DNA of 63,997 nucleotides, the filler included, from Catajapyx aquilonaris (Eukaryota): assembly GCA_000934665.2 (NCBI GenBank). It is 3 parts of 3 records of this genome, joined end to end, with 100 filler letters (N's around TTAATTAATTAA, not from the genome) between each part and the next. Parts side by side here need not be neighbours in the genome. Positions count along the whole stretch, not along the records: positions 42,771 to 63,997 come from JYFJ02006110.1; 2 more parts are not named here. The stretch is one strand, 5' to 3'. Made by a program: the position numbers and the translations under genes. The notes under the pieces were generated by a model that saw only the letters and a program-made list of their open reading frames with translations, did not search any database and had not been told where the DNA came from. This document shows positions 51,171-62,300 of this stretch, in pieces. Within the stretch, counting starts at the first letter, position 1. Each line of letters starts with the position of its first letter.

Positions 51171-52415
51171 AGGCAAAAGATTCAATGAAAAAGTTACATG
51201 CGTTTAAATAGTGCTTGGAGCCTCTCAGGCTCCACCTACAGAGTTAAGGGTTAAGCTGCTGGCGACGTCCCCTGTCATCCACCCTCCTGAGAAGATAACA
51301 CTGCGCCAAAGAGCCGGATCTAAAGCCAACTGTTGCCATGCCTTGCACACTAAGGAAGCTCTCTTCATCAGATCCTGCTTTGAAAAGGTATGAAAAGACC
51401 TTTGTCTTCATCTCCAGTGGGAGGTCCCAGTGCCATGTCTTCCTGGGTTCACCCTGCAATCATGTTCAAATAATTATACAGAATATTATGAGCAAATTAT
51501 GTTCATATAATTATGCAGATTATTATGAGCAATATTCATATCATCCATATGAAATCTGCATGTTCATCATGCAAACAACACCGAAATTTGTCGAATCTAA
51601 TACCTCCATGGCTCCAAATTGGGTCTTGTTCGAATCATCTGGATTTGGCAAAAGACACTAAATATTTGTGCTAAAATTATTTGGCAGTGTTCAAAGAATA
51701 TAACTCACTGGATGACAATCAATGCAATTCAAACCGCGAGCATCTTACTGAAAGAGTAACGAGTACATCGCTGAAACAGAAAAAATAATAACAAGCTGTC
51801 ATTTTAAGCTATTAAACACTTATTATTATTATTATTCATCACATTAAGTGATTATAAACATTTGACACTTTTAATATGACGCAAAGATGCTCAAAGTTGC
51901 ATCAAGTTAAAACATATTGATTCTTCTCCAGGCACGTAATCCATACCGCATCATTGGAACAATCATTGGATAATTTTGTTGCGTCATTTATGAACAAAAT
52001 ACTTAATTACATGTTAATCTTACATCGGTTAAATCACATCAAAAACAAAAAAACAAACATGCGTGACAAACACCCGTCAAACTCCAACAACATCTAAATA
52101 TGTCAAGTGTAACTAAGTTAATTGAAGCATCATTTCAGAATACAATTAAAATTGACCACATGCTTTAAAAAAAATGATTTCTTGAACCGCATAAGAGCTT
52201 CACAACATTTGTACATCAAATGGTTCAAGCGGCTCAACTTGTCGCAACAATCATCGTTTTGACGTAACGTCAAACTAGCCGTCAATACTTTTGCCTCGTC
52301 GTAATTAACATCGTTTGAACATCGACATGACTCGCACCACCAATAGTGCGTAACTTTTGCCTCATCGTAATTATTAACATCGTTTGAACATGATTCGCAC
52401 TTTCAACTGCATCCT

Positions 52416-55400
52416 TTACAGGAAGTAGAGCCTGTCGCTCATTGACTCGTCAGGAAGCTGGTGCATGTGGTTGGCCACCAGGGTCGTCAGCTTCTCTGCG
52501 TACTGGCATGGAGATGGAACCCTGACCTTTCCGCACCAGTTGAAGTACATGTGGGTCAGAATGTAGGTCGCAACCTGGATGTCATCGGCCGGCACTTTCC
52601 GCTCGTTGTACGGAATCGAGACGTTCGCTGGGGTGACTGTGCCTTGTAGAGACTCCTGGGAGGCGATCAGGAAGTCGCATTTCCCAGGGGCCATTATGCC
52701 CGAGTCGACTATGGTGCCGCCAGCTGGGTTCCCGCCGTCGGTTGAGAAGATCCACGAGTGACACTGTCGGTTGACCACCATGGCCACCAGCTTGTACGGG
52801 CAAAGGTCGCCCAAGCCGCTCAGGTAATTGTACAGTTTGTCCAAGTAAAACTTGACCCACTGGACCTCCCTGTACATGGTGCGGGTGATCTGGCCTTCAC
52901 TCACGCCATTGCGGTACACGAATATGGTGCTGGGCAATAGCCCGCGGTTGCAGTCTGCGTAGTGCTTTGCGGGGGCGGCCACCGCTTTTCCGATGTTCTG
53001 CGGCATATCATTCTCATCCGCTTCTCGGCTGGCTTGGCTGAAGTACCGGCTACAGTTGTCTCTGTAGTTGGCCACGACCGAGCCCACGGTGGTGGCAGGA
53101 TCCAACGAATCGAACGACACATCAACTCCGACGAACATCCCGTTTTCTATAGGGTGCTCAACGGCCCAGGGCTCTCCTCCGAGCTTGCAGTTGATCTGAA
53201 TCGCCATTTTCACAGCGACGAATCCCAGTCCCTTATTACCCGGATTAAGCCGCCATCCGAGGACCATCCGGCTTGCAATGCACAGCTCCGTGTTGCACAG
53301 CACCTTCATGTCATCGTACACATCATCAATCACTCCATCCATTACGACCAGTACGAGCTGGATGGGACCAGGCGACTGGCTGCTTCCACCCGGCCCATCA
53401 GGTCGTACGAAGCCATGGTACATCGAACGCATCACGTGCACATGGTAACCAGCCGAGGTGTCATCCAGAACAACGCTACAAAGAATATCGTTAACGACTT
53501 GAACTCCGTTATATTCAGATTCAACTCATGTGTGTCTCGGAGGCGGAATATGAAAGCCGAGCGCTCTGGCGGAGGAAATCAGCCGAGGTATGAACTGGCG
53601 TGTGTCACGCTCATGGGCAGCAGATGTCATTACCACCCAGTTGTTAACGACCGCGCATGCAGACATGTGACTGACTGAAAATTAATACAATTAATTAATT
53701 CTAGTTTTCGCAAGTTGTCAACTAACTTACATCTCAGATATTTGGTCCAGTCTCTGTAGATACCCGGATCGATCTTGCCTCGTTTGCAGGACAGCGTCCA
53801 GAGCGGCTGCAGCACCCGGGCGCTCACCTGGATGCTACCGTGTCTGATGCTGATCCCCCAGTAGCTGAGCTCACGTTGCACCTGGTCTTCATCGTTAAGA
53901 GAGGTGCACAGTTCCTCGATCTGGGACAATCGCTGCGCTGGCCCCATGTGGGTGAGGTGTGAGAGGGCCTTCATCAGTCGGAAGTCGGATCTCATCGCGG
54001 TGGTCAGTCCTGTCAGATAGGAAAGTTCGGGCACGAGATAAACCGTCTCTTGGACATCATCCAGAGCTTTCTTCCCCCGCTTCTTGGTGACGACCAGGAG
54101 CGGTTGCAGCGAATACTTCAGATCGATGTCATACCGCTGAAGAATGCCAAGTCGTTAGTCGGTGATGCGCATAATGCCCCCAATGCACTTACATGCTTGT
54201 AGTAGTCGACGAATGTTGTTTGCACGCCCTTGTAATCAAACTTTGAGGACGGATTCACCGTCCAGTCGACTCCTATCACCAAGTATGTCCTGCGGTTGTA
54301 GTGGGTCATAACAATAGTCCCTTTAAAGAACTGCTCGCAGTGCTTGCGATAGTGCACTGGATCCTTAGCCCGCGCGCTGCTCAACACGTCAACGACAGTC
54401 GAGCTGCGAAGTACTTTGTGGGTCATATCCACTCGCAGGAGCAATCCAGCGTCGCGTTGATGGACGGACGTAATGTATCCGGGCCACAGCTCCAACTGCT
54501 CTCTTTCCATCGTGATTTTCTACTTTCTGTCGTAGAAGTAGCGGCCAAGCTGATCGAAATCTTTGTGTAACATACACCTACGCAGCAATATGCCAACTAG
54601 CTGCACGTACAAGGCATCAGCCGGATCAAGTACTTTGACGACCTCGACTTCAACTGTCATAAGTATGCTGTCCGAATTACGCTTTGCCTTGATGATGATG
54701 GGCTGCGGCAAAAAAATTAAGATGAGTATAACTGTGCGGGTTACAGCTTCTCGTTTACTTACCTCTTCTACCCTCCTTGCCGCGTAAATCACCGAGCCGT
54801 CGAAAATGTACTTTCCGAGCTTCTCCTCCATGACGTGGCTCATCGAGCGGAGAAGCCCTTTGCGGAATATCTGTTCCTCTTCGTCCGGCGTGATTGTGAC
54901 TTGGTATAGATAGATCCTGAAAGCTTCCTTTTGCTCAATGTCGAAATAGTTCAACAGGACTTCAACTGGTCTCCCGCAGGATCCCAGGCCAGGCGTGGGG
55001 AGCTGGGGATGAAGCGGTAGTCCTTCAGCCGGCCAGAGCTGTCCGTCCTGCTTCTCACTGGTGTCGGACCAGTCGAAATCCCTTTCCTTTCGAGGCTTCA
55101 GCCTTATGGAAGTGCCCTTGTTAGAGTCTGTCCACGGATGTTTCACTCGGGGCTGGGCTTTTCTATCCGCAATAACTGATTCAGGGTTGATTCCTCCGAC
55201 GGCACCTTCATCCTCTGCAGACCATGCCGCTTGGTCGACCTGCAGCCTCAGAGCCTCCACTTGCAAAGCTAACGTGTTGTCTGAGGACACAATAGCTGAT
55301 TTGGCACTAGGAACAAATGGAGGTGCCTCAGGCTCCTGCGACTACGGAAGCAGCGGGTACAAACGGAGGCGCGTCGGGATTCGGTGCAGCTTTTGGTTTG

Positions 55401-55516
55401 GCGGCACTGGTAGGAACAAAATCTGGTGCGTCCGGATTAGGACAGAATGACTGCGGGATGGGCTGGGTGTAGTACGAAGCGACAGACGAATCCTGCGGAT
55501 CCGGCCAACATTGCAT
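52416..55516 (-). pseudogene. piwi: Piwi/Aubergine-family Argonaute paralogue, near full-length but disabled in this assembly
   Basis: Exons 54763-55516, 54193-54702, 53731-54136, 53530-53674, 52416-53475 with 54-60-bp introns. N (G..GRPVEVLLNYF), L1 (LELWPGYITSV..DMTHKVLR), PAZ (YNRRTY..VDW..TFVDYY..QPLLV..YLVPEL), MID and PIWI (QINCKLGGEPW, GVDV, GTVTP, LTHMYFNWCGKVRVPSPCQYA, RLYFL). Lesions: frameshift near 55335-55345, in-frame TAG at 54520-54522, and donor ATGAGT instead of GTGAGT at 53529. Confidence 0.92.
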
Positions 55517-55702
55517 CGCCTCATTCTGCAAGAAATCCGCAGCATTAGACACATTGAGAGGCATTGTTGCAGTATGTCTCACCCAAGATGCGGCTCCTTC
55601 AGGTGGATGGCGGCGCAACAGGGTCACTCAAGGCAGCGGTATCACCTCTGTGTTAAACAGGAATTGTTTGCTGTTGTCTGCGGGCATATACTGGGCTTGA
55701 TA

Positions 55703-55707
55703 TAATA

Positions 55708-55779
<72 letters not shown>

Positions 55780-58620
55780 TTTATTTCCCTATACAAAGCA
55801 GTATTTGGAAAGACCATCCCCCTCCAAAACTTACATAACAATATCACATAGTTGTAATTTTTTCACTGCACATTTAAAAAAATTATATAAAGAAAAAACC
55901 TTTACAGTAGGCATATCTATGTACAAGGTATATACATCATCTGGTGGAACCCTCGGAAAATCTCTTATACACTCAAGAGCTTCTTGGTAGAAAATACACT
56001 CAAACAGGATATGAAAAAGAGAACAACCAACCATATCATTACATAAGGAACATATTTCTTCATTGTCAATTTTCATACAGTAGTAACCTTGGATGTAGAG
56101 AACTCTGGAATTATTCCTTAAATTTATCATTAATCGCGTTAATTTTAGTGGCATCCCCTGATGCAAATAATTCTCCTGTAAATATCCATTCGAGATTTCA
56201 AAATAATGTTTATATGCTCGTGTGTTCTCCAATGCCACACGGTCCGCCTCGAGTGTATTATCCACAAAGGTTGTAATTAGTTTGCTTGCATCAATATCTT
56301 CATAATTTGTCAACCAATATTGCCAAGATATTCCAGCGTTTATTAACAGCGCTTCTGCAAAAGTATACCAATCCCTACTCTTTTTCTCTCTCTCACATAT
56401 TTGGTATTCAAAACCTTGCCTAATTATACTTTCCCTTGGTTCTCTCATAATTTTTTTAAGAAACTTCAACAGTTAAAAAAAAATTTGTATCGAAATTGTT
56501 CTGCGTCCTGTTTCATATCTAAGAAAATAACCAGCACTGGAACGGGGCAGAGTAAAAAAAATTTCAAGAAAAAGGTTTGGACGCGATCCACATCCTGCAT
56601 ATATTGCAAAGCCCACAAATGTGAGTTATACAATATACGTAGATGGCGCTACTTGTGCATCAAACAGGCGAGTTGCAGTATTTAACTTTCTTAACTTTAG
56701 TTTAATTAAAGTTGGCCACATCATATTTATCACTTTTTTTCCTTTACTAACAAAATATTGTAATGCTCTACTGAAGCTTCCTGATGAAGCAAATAATATT
56801 CCTAAATATTTATATTCATTTACTATTTGTACTTTTTCTCCATCCCAAAAAAAGTTCAAATTTTTTGGAAATTGACCACCTTTCCGAAACACCATCACTT
56901 TTGTTTTTGTCAAGTTAAGTTGCAATAAATTTTCTTTTAAATAATTTGCGAAAGCCGTGAGTTCTTTCTGTAAATACATTGGATTTGTTCCCAGCAACAC
57001 AATATCGTCAGCAAATTGCCTGGTCCAAAATTCACTCCCGGTATTTCCTTATCTTGAAACATATTCTTCATATCCGCCACAAATAGATTAAATAATATTG
57101 GGCTTAACGGCTCACCCTGTAGCACTCCTTTCCTTATTGGTATTTGCGTATTGTTGTCTTGGGATACAACTGTTGCCCCTTGATATACAGGGTGATCCAA
57201 CTTTATGGCACCAGTAGTTATTGGAAAAATCGCGCAAGCTGCTTGTTTATAAGCATGTCGTTGCTAAGAGATGCTTTCTGGCTCTTTCTGGAGAATCGGG
57301 AATAGCACCTGCTGATATTAGGTCCAATTCCCATGTAACAATTAATGAGGGAAAAAAGGGTCATCCATGGGAAACAGGCTCTGTTCTGGTGTTCGCCGGA
57401 GGGTTTCACATGAGGTCACTAGCGGCCAAACCAGAGGCCTAATCCGTCGGAACTGGACAGACCCGGGTGTGTCAATAAATAGGCCTTCTGGTCTGTTCAT
57501 TGTTGGCCGCAGTTGGCGCAGCGTTGTTTAGTTACCAGTATAAATAAATAGCTCTTGTAGAGTCAGGACCAGGACATGCCTTACTCACGGGGCCTGTTCG
57601 AGGGCCGCCCAAGGGCTTCCAGGGTTCTAACAGTACAGTCTGCATTGGGCATTCTCTCATTAATTGGTACATGTATGGGCATTGGACCTAATATCAGCAG
57701 GTGCTAAGACTGGTAACTAAACAACGCTGCCTGTTGACCTGTCCCAGTTGCGCCAACTGCGGCCAACAATGAACAGACCAGAAGGCCTATTTATTGACAC
57801 ACCCGGGTAGTTCCGACGGATTAGGCCTGTGGTTTGGCAGATAGTGACCTCATGTGAAACCCTCCAGCGAACACCAGAACAGGCCTGTTTCCCACGGATG
57901 ACCCTTTTTTCCCTCATTAATATTGTTACATGGGCATTGGACCTAACATCAGCAGGTGCTATTCCCGATTCTCCAGAAAGAGCCAGAAAGCATCTCTTAG
58001 CAACGACCTGCTTATAAACAAGCAGCTTGCGCGATTTTTCCAATAACTACTGGTGCCATAAAGTTGGATCACCCTGTATGTTAATTAACGTCTTCAAAAA
58101 ATTATTATTACTTATTCCAAATCTCCATAGTTTTTCAAATAGCAATTTATGGTTAACTGAATCAAAAGCTTGTTTAAGGTCTACAAAAACCGCATATAGC
58201 TTCCCCGATTTTTTTGCGTATATTTCTGTACCAGTGAATTCAATATAAAAATTAAATCTTCGCATGATTTTCCTTTTCTAAACCCCACTTGGGTCTCAGG
58301 AAACCGATCATGCTTTTCCGCCCATGTAGACAATCTATTTACCAAAATGGAAGTAAACAATTTTAGCAGATGATTTAGTAGCGCTATCGGTTCTGTAATT
58401 CTGGGGGGCTTCCGGATTTCCCTCTTTAAAAATTGGGATCATCCGGATTGTCACCCAATTTTGTGGCACAGTATGAGTCGTCAAAATTTTGTTATACAAT
58501 TTAAGTAGAACATTTTGTAACTGACTCGATTCTAGTTTCATCACTTCGTTTGGAATAGTGTCCGGACCCACTGCTTTCCGGGTACGTAGTCGTTGAATAC
58601 TATATTGTAATTCTCTCAGC
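55703..58620 (-). mobile_element. 5'-truncated non-LTR retrotransposon (RTE-X-like LINE), frameshifted
   Basis: RT motifs KAVGPDTIPNE, IPIFKEG.P..PQNYR, FVDLKQAFDSV, GVLQGEPLSPILFNLFV, FADDIVLL, KTKVMVFRKGG, YKYLG; C-terminal CSLC...HILFEC; AATAAA plus (TTA)n tail at 55703-55786. Confidence 0.88.
57188..58076. mobile_element. Long-TIR Tc1/mariner-type MITE inserted in the LINE RT
   Basis: TA-CAGGGTGATCCAACTTTATGGCACCAGTAG ... CTACTGGTGCCATAAAGTTGGATCACCCTG-TA with arms of ~350 bp. Removing it restores TLINIYQGATV. Partial copies at ~60998-61296 and ~63820-63901. Confidence 0.88.
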
Positions 58621-58714
58621 TGGGCTTGATATATCTGCTGTCCATCTGAAACCGGCTGGCCCCACCTGGCGTCGGACAACGGGTGATCAGGAGGTCGTGC
58701 AAATGGGGGGTTCC

Positions 58715-60283
58715 AGCCCACTGCACCTTTCTGGCCGTAATCTCCAATGACCCCCACACCAGCTTCGGGATGCAGCGGCCTCTGCGGCTGTGGACCTCTT
58801 CCTCTATGCCTGTTCACCGCTCCCAGGTCCACGTTACGAAGCAAACCCCTTCGTCCCTCCATGCCAACTGCAGGAATTAAATCAAAATAATTTTCAATGC
58901 TCTTGTGATGCTTTTTTTGCTGCTAAAAAGCATTAGAAGAGCATTAAAAATTTCATTTCAATTTTAATCTTTTTTGTTGCTAAAAAAGCATTAAAAATTG
59001 AACACATTAATTTCCAAAGGGCCCAAGTCGTCTATTTGGCCAAAACTGAGGTAAGACCGGATATCTGTTCACAGTACCCGGCTGCATATGTATGCTGCAT
59101 AGGAAGTCCCAAGTCCCATTCGAACAGGAGGAAAATGGCATTGGGAAATTTCGATGTTTGGTAGAAAGGGCAAAACATATTGTAGAACGACCAGCAGGTG
59201 GCGATAGTGGGAAGCATGAGCTGGGTAAGTTATTAGCTGCATGAAACTGATGAAAGGACATCACAAAAATAGCAGGTATGGCCTGCAGTAGTGCCTGCAA
59301 AATATGATTTCATGATGTCCATGTACTGCAAAATGCATTAGCAGGTGGTATTGACTTCAATATTAGTCTTGGAATGCTGAGGCTACCTCTTGTGTTATCC
59401 AGGATTCCCCATCCACTTAATGTTTTTCCAAAGGGCCCAAGTCAGGCACTTAATTTGATTTATTATTAGCACACTGTTCGTCGCATGGTGTTAATATTGC
59501 TTCAACGCAACCCTTTTTAGATAATAAGGTTCATTGTGTTAAAATCCCAACTGCCAGGCAGTAATTCTGTTCTTGTGGCATCGTTTTTTCCTTCTCCTGG
59601 AAATTTCATGTTGCCGGACTTGGGCCCTTTGGAAATTCATGTGTTCAATTGATTCTCCATGATTAGAACACTGGATTAGAACCACCAACCCCCCCCCCCC
59701 CCTCAAANCCCCCCCCCCCCCTCCAAAAAAAAAAAAACGGCCGAAAAATGTTCTAGAAATGTCTAGAACACTTCCCTTCCAACCAGGGGCCTTATTTCTA
59801 TTGTGCTTTGGTGCAACTAGTGGCCAGCCCACAGCACCTTGCTGACCGTAATCTCCAATGACCCCCACACCAGCTTCGGGATGCAGCGGCCTCTGCGGCT
59901 GTGGACCTCTTCCTCTATGCCTGTTCACCGCTCCCAGGTCCACGTTACGAAGCAAACCCCTTCGTCCCTCCATGCCAACTGCAGAAATCAAATCGAAATA
60001 ATTTTTAATGCTCTTGTGATGCTTGTTTGTTGCTAAAAACATTACAAATATTCATTTCAATTATTTTCAATGCTCTTGTGATGTTTTTTTTGCTGCTAAA
60101 AAGTATTAGAAGAGCATTAAAAATTGATTCTCCATGATTAGAACTCTGGATTAGAACCGCCAACCCCCCCCCCCCCCANNNNNNAAAAAAAAAAACATGT
60201 CCGAAAAATGTTCTAGAAATGTCTAGAACACTTCCCTTCCAACCAGGGGCCTTATTCCTATTGTGCTTTGGTGCAATTAGTGG
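58715..60283. repeat. Local segmental direct repeats
   Basis: ~58715-59000 repeats at ~59826-60121, and ~59648-59822 repeats at ~60122-60283. Confidence 0.75.
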
Positions 60284-60843
60284 TGTACGACTAGGGGCAT
60301 CCCGTTGCCCATCGCATGTACTGATGAGTACTTGGGCAATGAGTACAGAGGATTGAAGGGGATTCTGACCTGGAAGGAAGGGGCGACGCGACGCGGCAGC
60401 TCCTTCCGTACGTTGATGACAAAAGAACAGGAAAAGGAACAGCTAGAGAGGGTTGGAAATAAAGACAGGTTAGGTTCTGTTCGAAACTACCAAGGTTGGC
60501 ACTACGATGTACAACCCTCCCCTGCGTGGAACACCCCCTATACTGCTGATCTATACTGAAAAAAATTAATTAAAATTATAATATTTTAAAATGTGCATAA
60601 AATAATTATACTCTAAATTAAGTTTTAATCAAGAGCTAGTCCGGTGCGAAGATTCGTTGGGATGTCAAAATGAGCCAATCAGAGACTACAGCAATGTTGT
60701 GACGTCACAATTTGAGTAGAGTAGCCAAAATGGACCGTGACGTATTTGTTTACAGTTTTTCGCCGCGGCCATCTTGTTGGTTGGGCAGAAACAGCTATGG
60801 TGGCATGCTGAGCGGGTTATTTCTGCAACAATATTTCGCGTAA

Positions 60844-60994
60844 AGGCCCATTCACACAGGCCGTCGACGGTTTTGGTTTTGGACCAATCAGAGCGGGCCC
60901 TCACGTAACCAACGGGTCATGGTTACCGTGAGGGCCCGCTCTGATTGGTCCAAAACCAAAACCAAAACCGTCGACGGCCTGTGTGAATGGGCCT
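60844..60994. mobile_element. PIF/Harbinger hairpin MITE
   Basis: AGGCCCATTCACACAGGCCGTCGACGG palindrome, TSD TAA. Confidence 0.85.
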
Positions 60995-61297
60995 TAATGG
61001 GTCCAATGCCCATGTAACAATATTAATGAGGGAAAAAAGGGTCATCCGTGGGAAACAGGCCCGTTTTGGTGTTCGCTGGAGGGTTTCACATGAGGTCACT
61101 ATCTGCCAAACCAGAGGGCTAATCTGTCGAACTAGACAGACCCGGTTGTGTCAATAAATAGGCCTTCTGGTATGTTCATTGTTGGCCAGTTGGCGCAGCT
61201 GAGACAGGTCAACAGGCAGCGTTGTTTAGTTACCCGTCAATAAACATGGGCATTGGAGCTAATATCAGCAGGTGCTATTCCCGATACTCTAGAAAGT

Positions 61298-62044
61298 ATC
61301 TAACCAAAAACGGACTCGTAAAAAAACCGCCAAGTCCTGGGTCACTCCGCCTAAAAAAGTTGTGAGATCATGGGTGGACACCAATAAGCCTCTTTGTGAG
61401 ACTATAGATTAAGTCAAGTTACTTGGCTCACGATTGGAGACTATAGACTTACAACTCGTAGACTTGGCGCATGGTTCGAGACTATAGCCTAAGGTGAGCG
61501 ACTTGGCTCACGGGGAATTATACCGGTACAAGGTGTTTCACAACTCGTGTCCAAAACTTTGAGGTTGAACTCGTGTGCACCAGTGGATCACTTTATACAT
61601 AGAGGTGAAGCGATTCACTGGTGTTCAGGGGTTTACCCTAGAAGGTTTGGGCGCGAGTTGAGAAACACCCTGTATGGCTTGAAGGGGAATTTGTTACTCC
61701 ACGAGTACGGTAATTAAGGAATTGCGGCCTGGACATTACAGCTGTAAATGGAAGGCGTGTAACACTCTTGGGTTGATCAGAAACTACTAAATTTTACCAT
61801 TAAGCCGCCTATTGCTCTTCATGCCCGGTGAACCAAGTGGCTCAACCTTAGTCTATAATCTCGAACCATGCGCCAAGTCTACGAGTTGTAAGTCTAACTT
61901 ATAGTCTCCAATCGTGAGCCAAGTAACTTGACTTAATCTATAGTCTCACAAAGAGGCTTGGTGTCCACCCATGATCTCACAACTTTTTTAGGCGGAGTGA
62001 CTCAGGACTTGGCGGTTTTTTTACGAGTCCGTTTTTGGTTAGAT
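61298..62044. mobile_element. Foldback element with ~215-bp arms (nested small Tc1-type MITE at 61529-61672)
   Basis: ATCTAACCAAAAACGGACTCGTAAAAAAACCGCCAAGTCC... and its reverse complement; internal GACTTGGC.CA.G..GAGACTATAG subrepeats; no TSD seen. Confidence 0.7.
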
Positions 62045-62300
62045 CTCAAGACTTTTTGTGCAGTTGCAGTAAATAAGGAATGATATTTTCTCTGGTACAC
62101 AGGAAAATACGATATAAGTGTGGAATTGATAGGTTTTTATTTTCAAAGTGTCTGAGGACACACATAACATGTTTGTAAGAGGGCCGCCCATGCCATGCTC
62201 TTCCCAACCTTATTCCATCACCCCAAACCAACAACTCTTCCATCATACACATCTACCTTGTCTCCGTGACATTAGGAGGGCTAACTAATATTGTCTAATA

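Noticed and set aside
52461..53678. Several overlapping ORFs of 60-238 aa
   Set aside because: Shadow frames of the GC-rich Piwi CDS.
55526..55582. Fourth PAM2-like peptide LNVSNAADF in ORF 55328-55627
   Set aside because: It lies inside a canonical-looking 57-bp intron (GTGAGA...CTAAT...TTTCTTGCAG).
58621..58862. N-terminal part of ORF 58335-58862 as LINE protein
   Set aside because: Much of this segment is duplicated at ~59826-59983 and is non-RT sequence fortuitously in frame with the truncated LINE.
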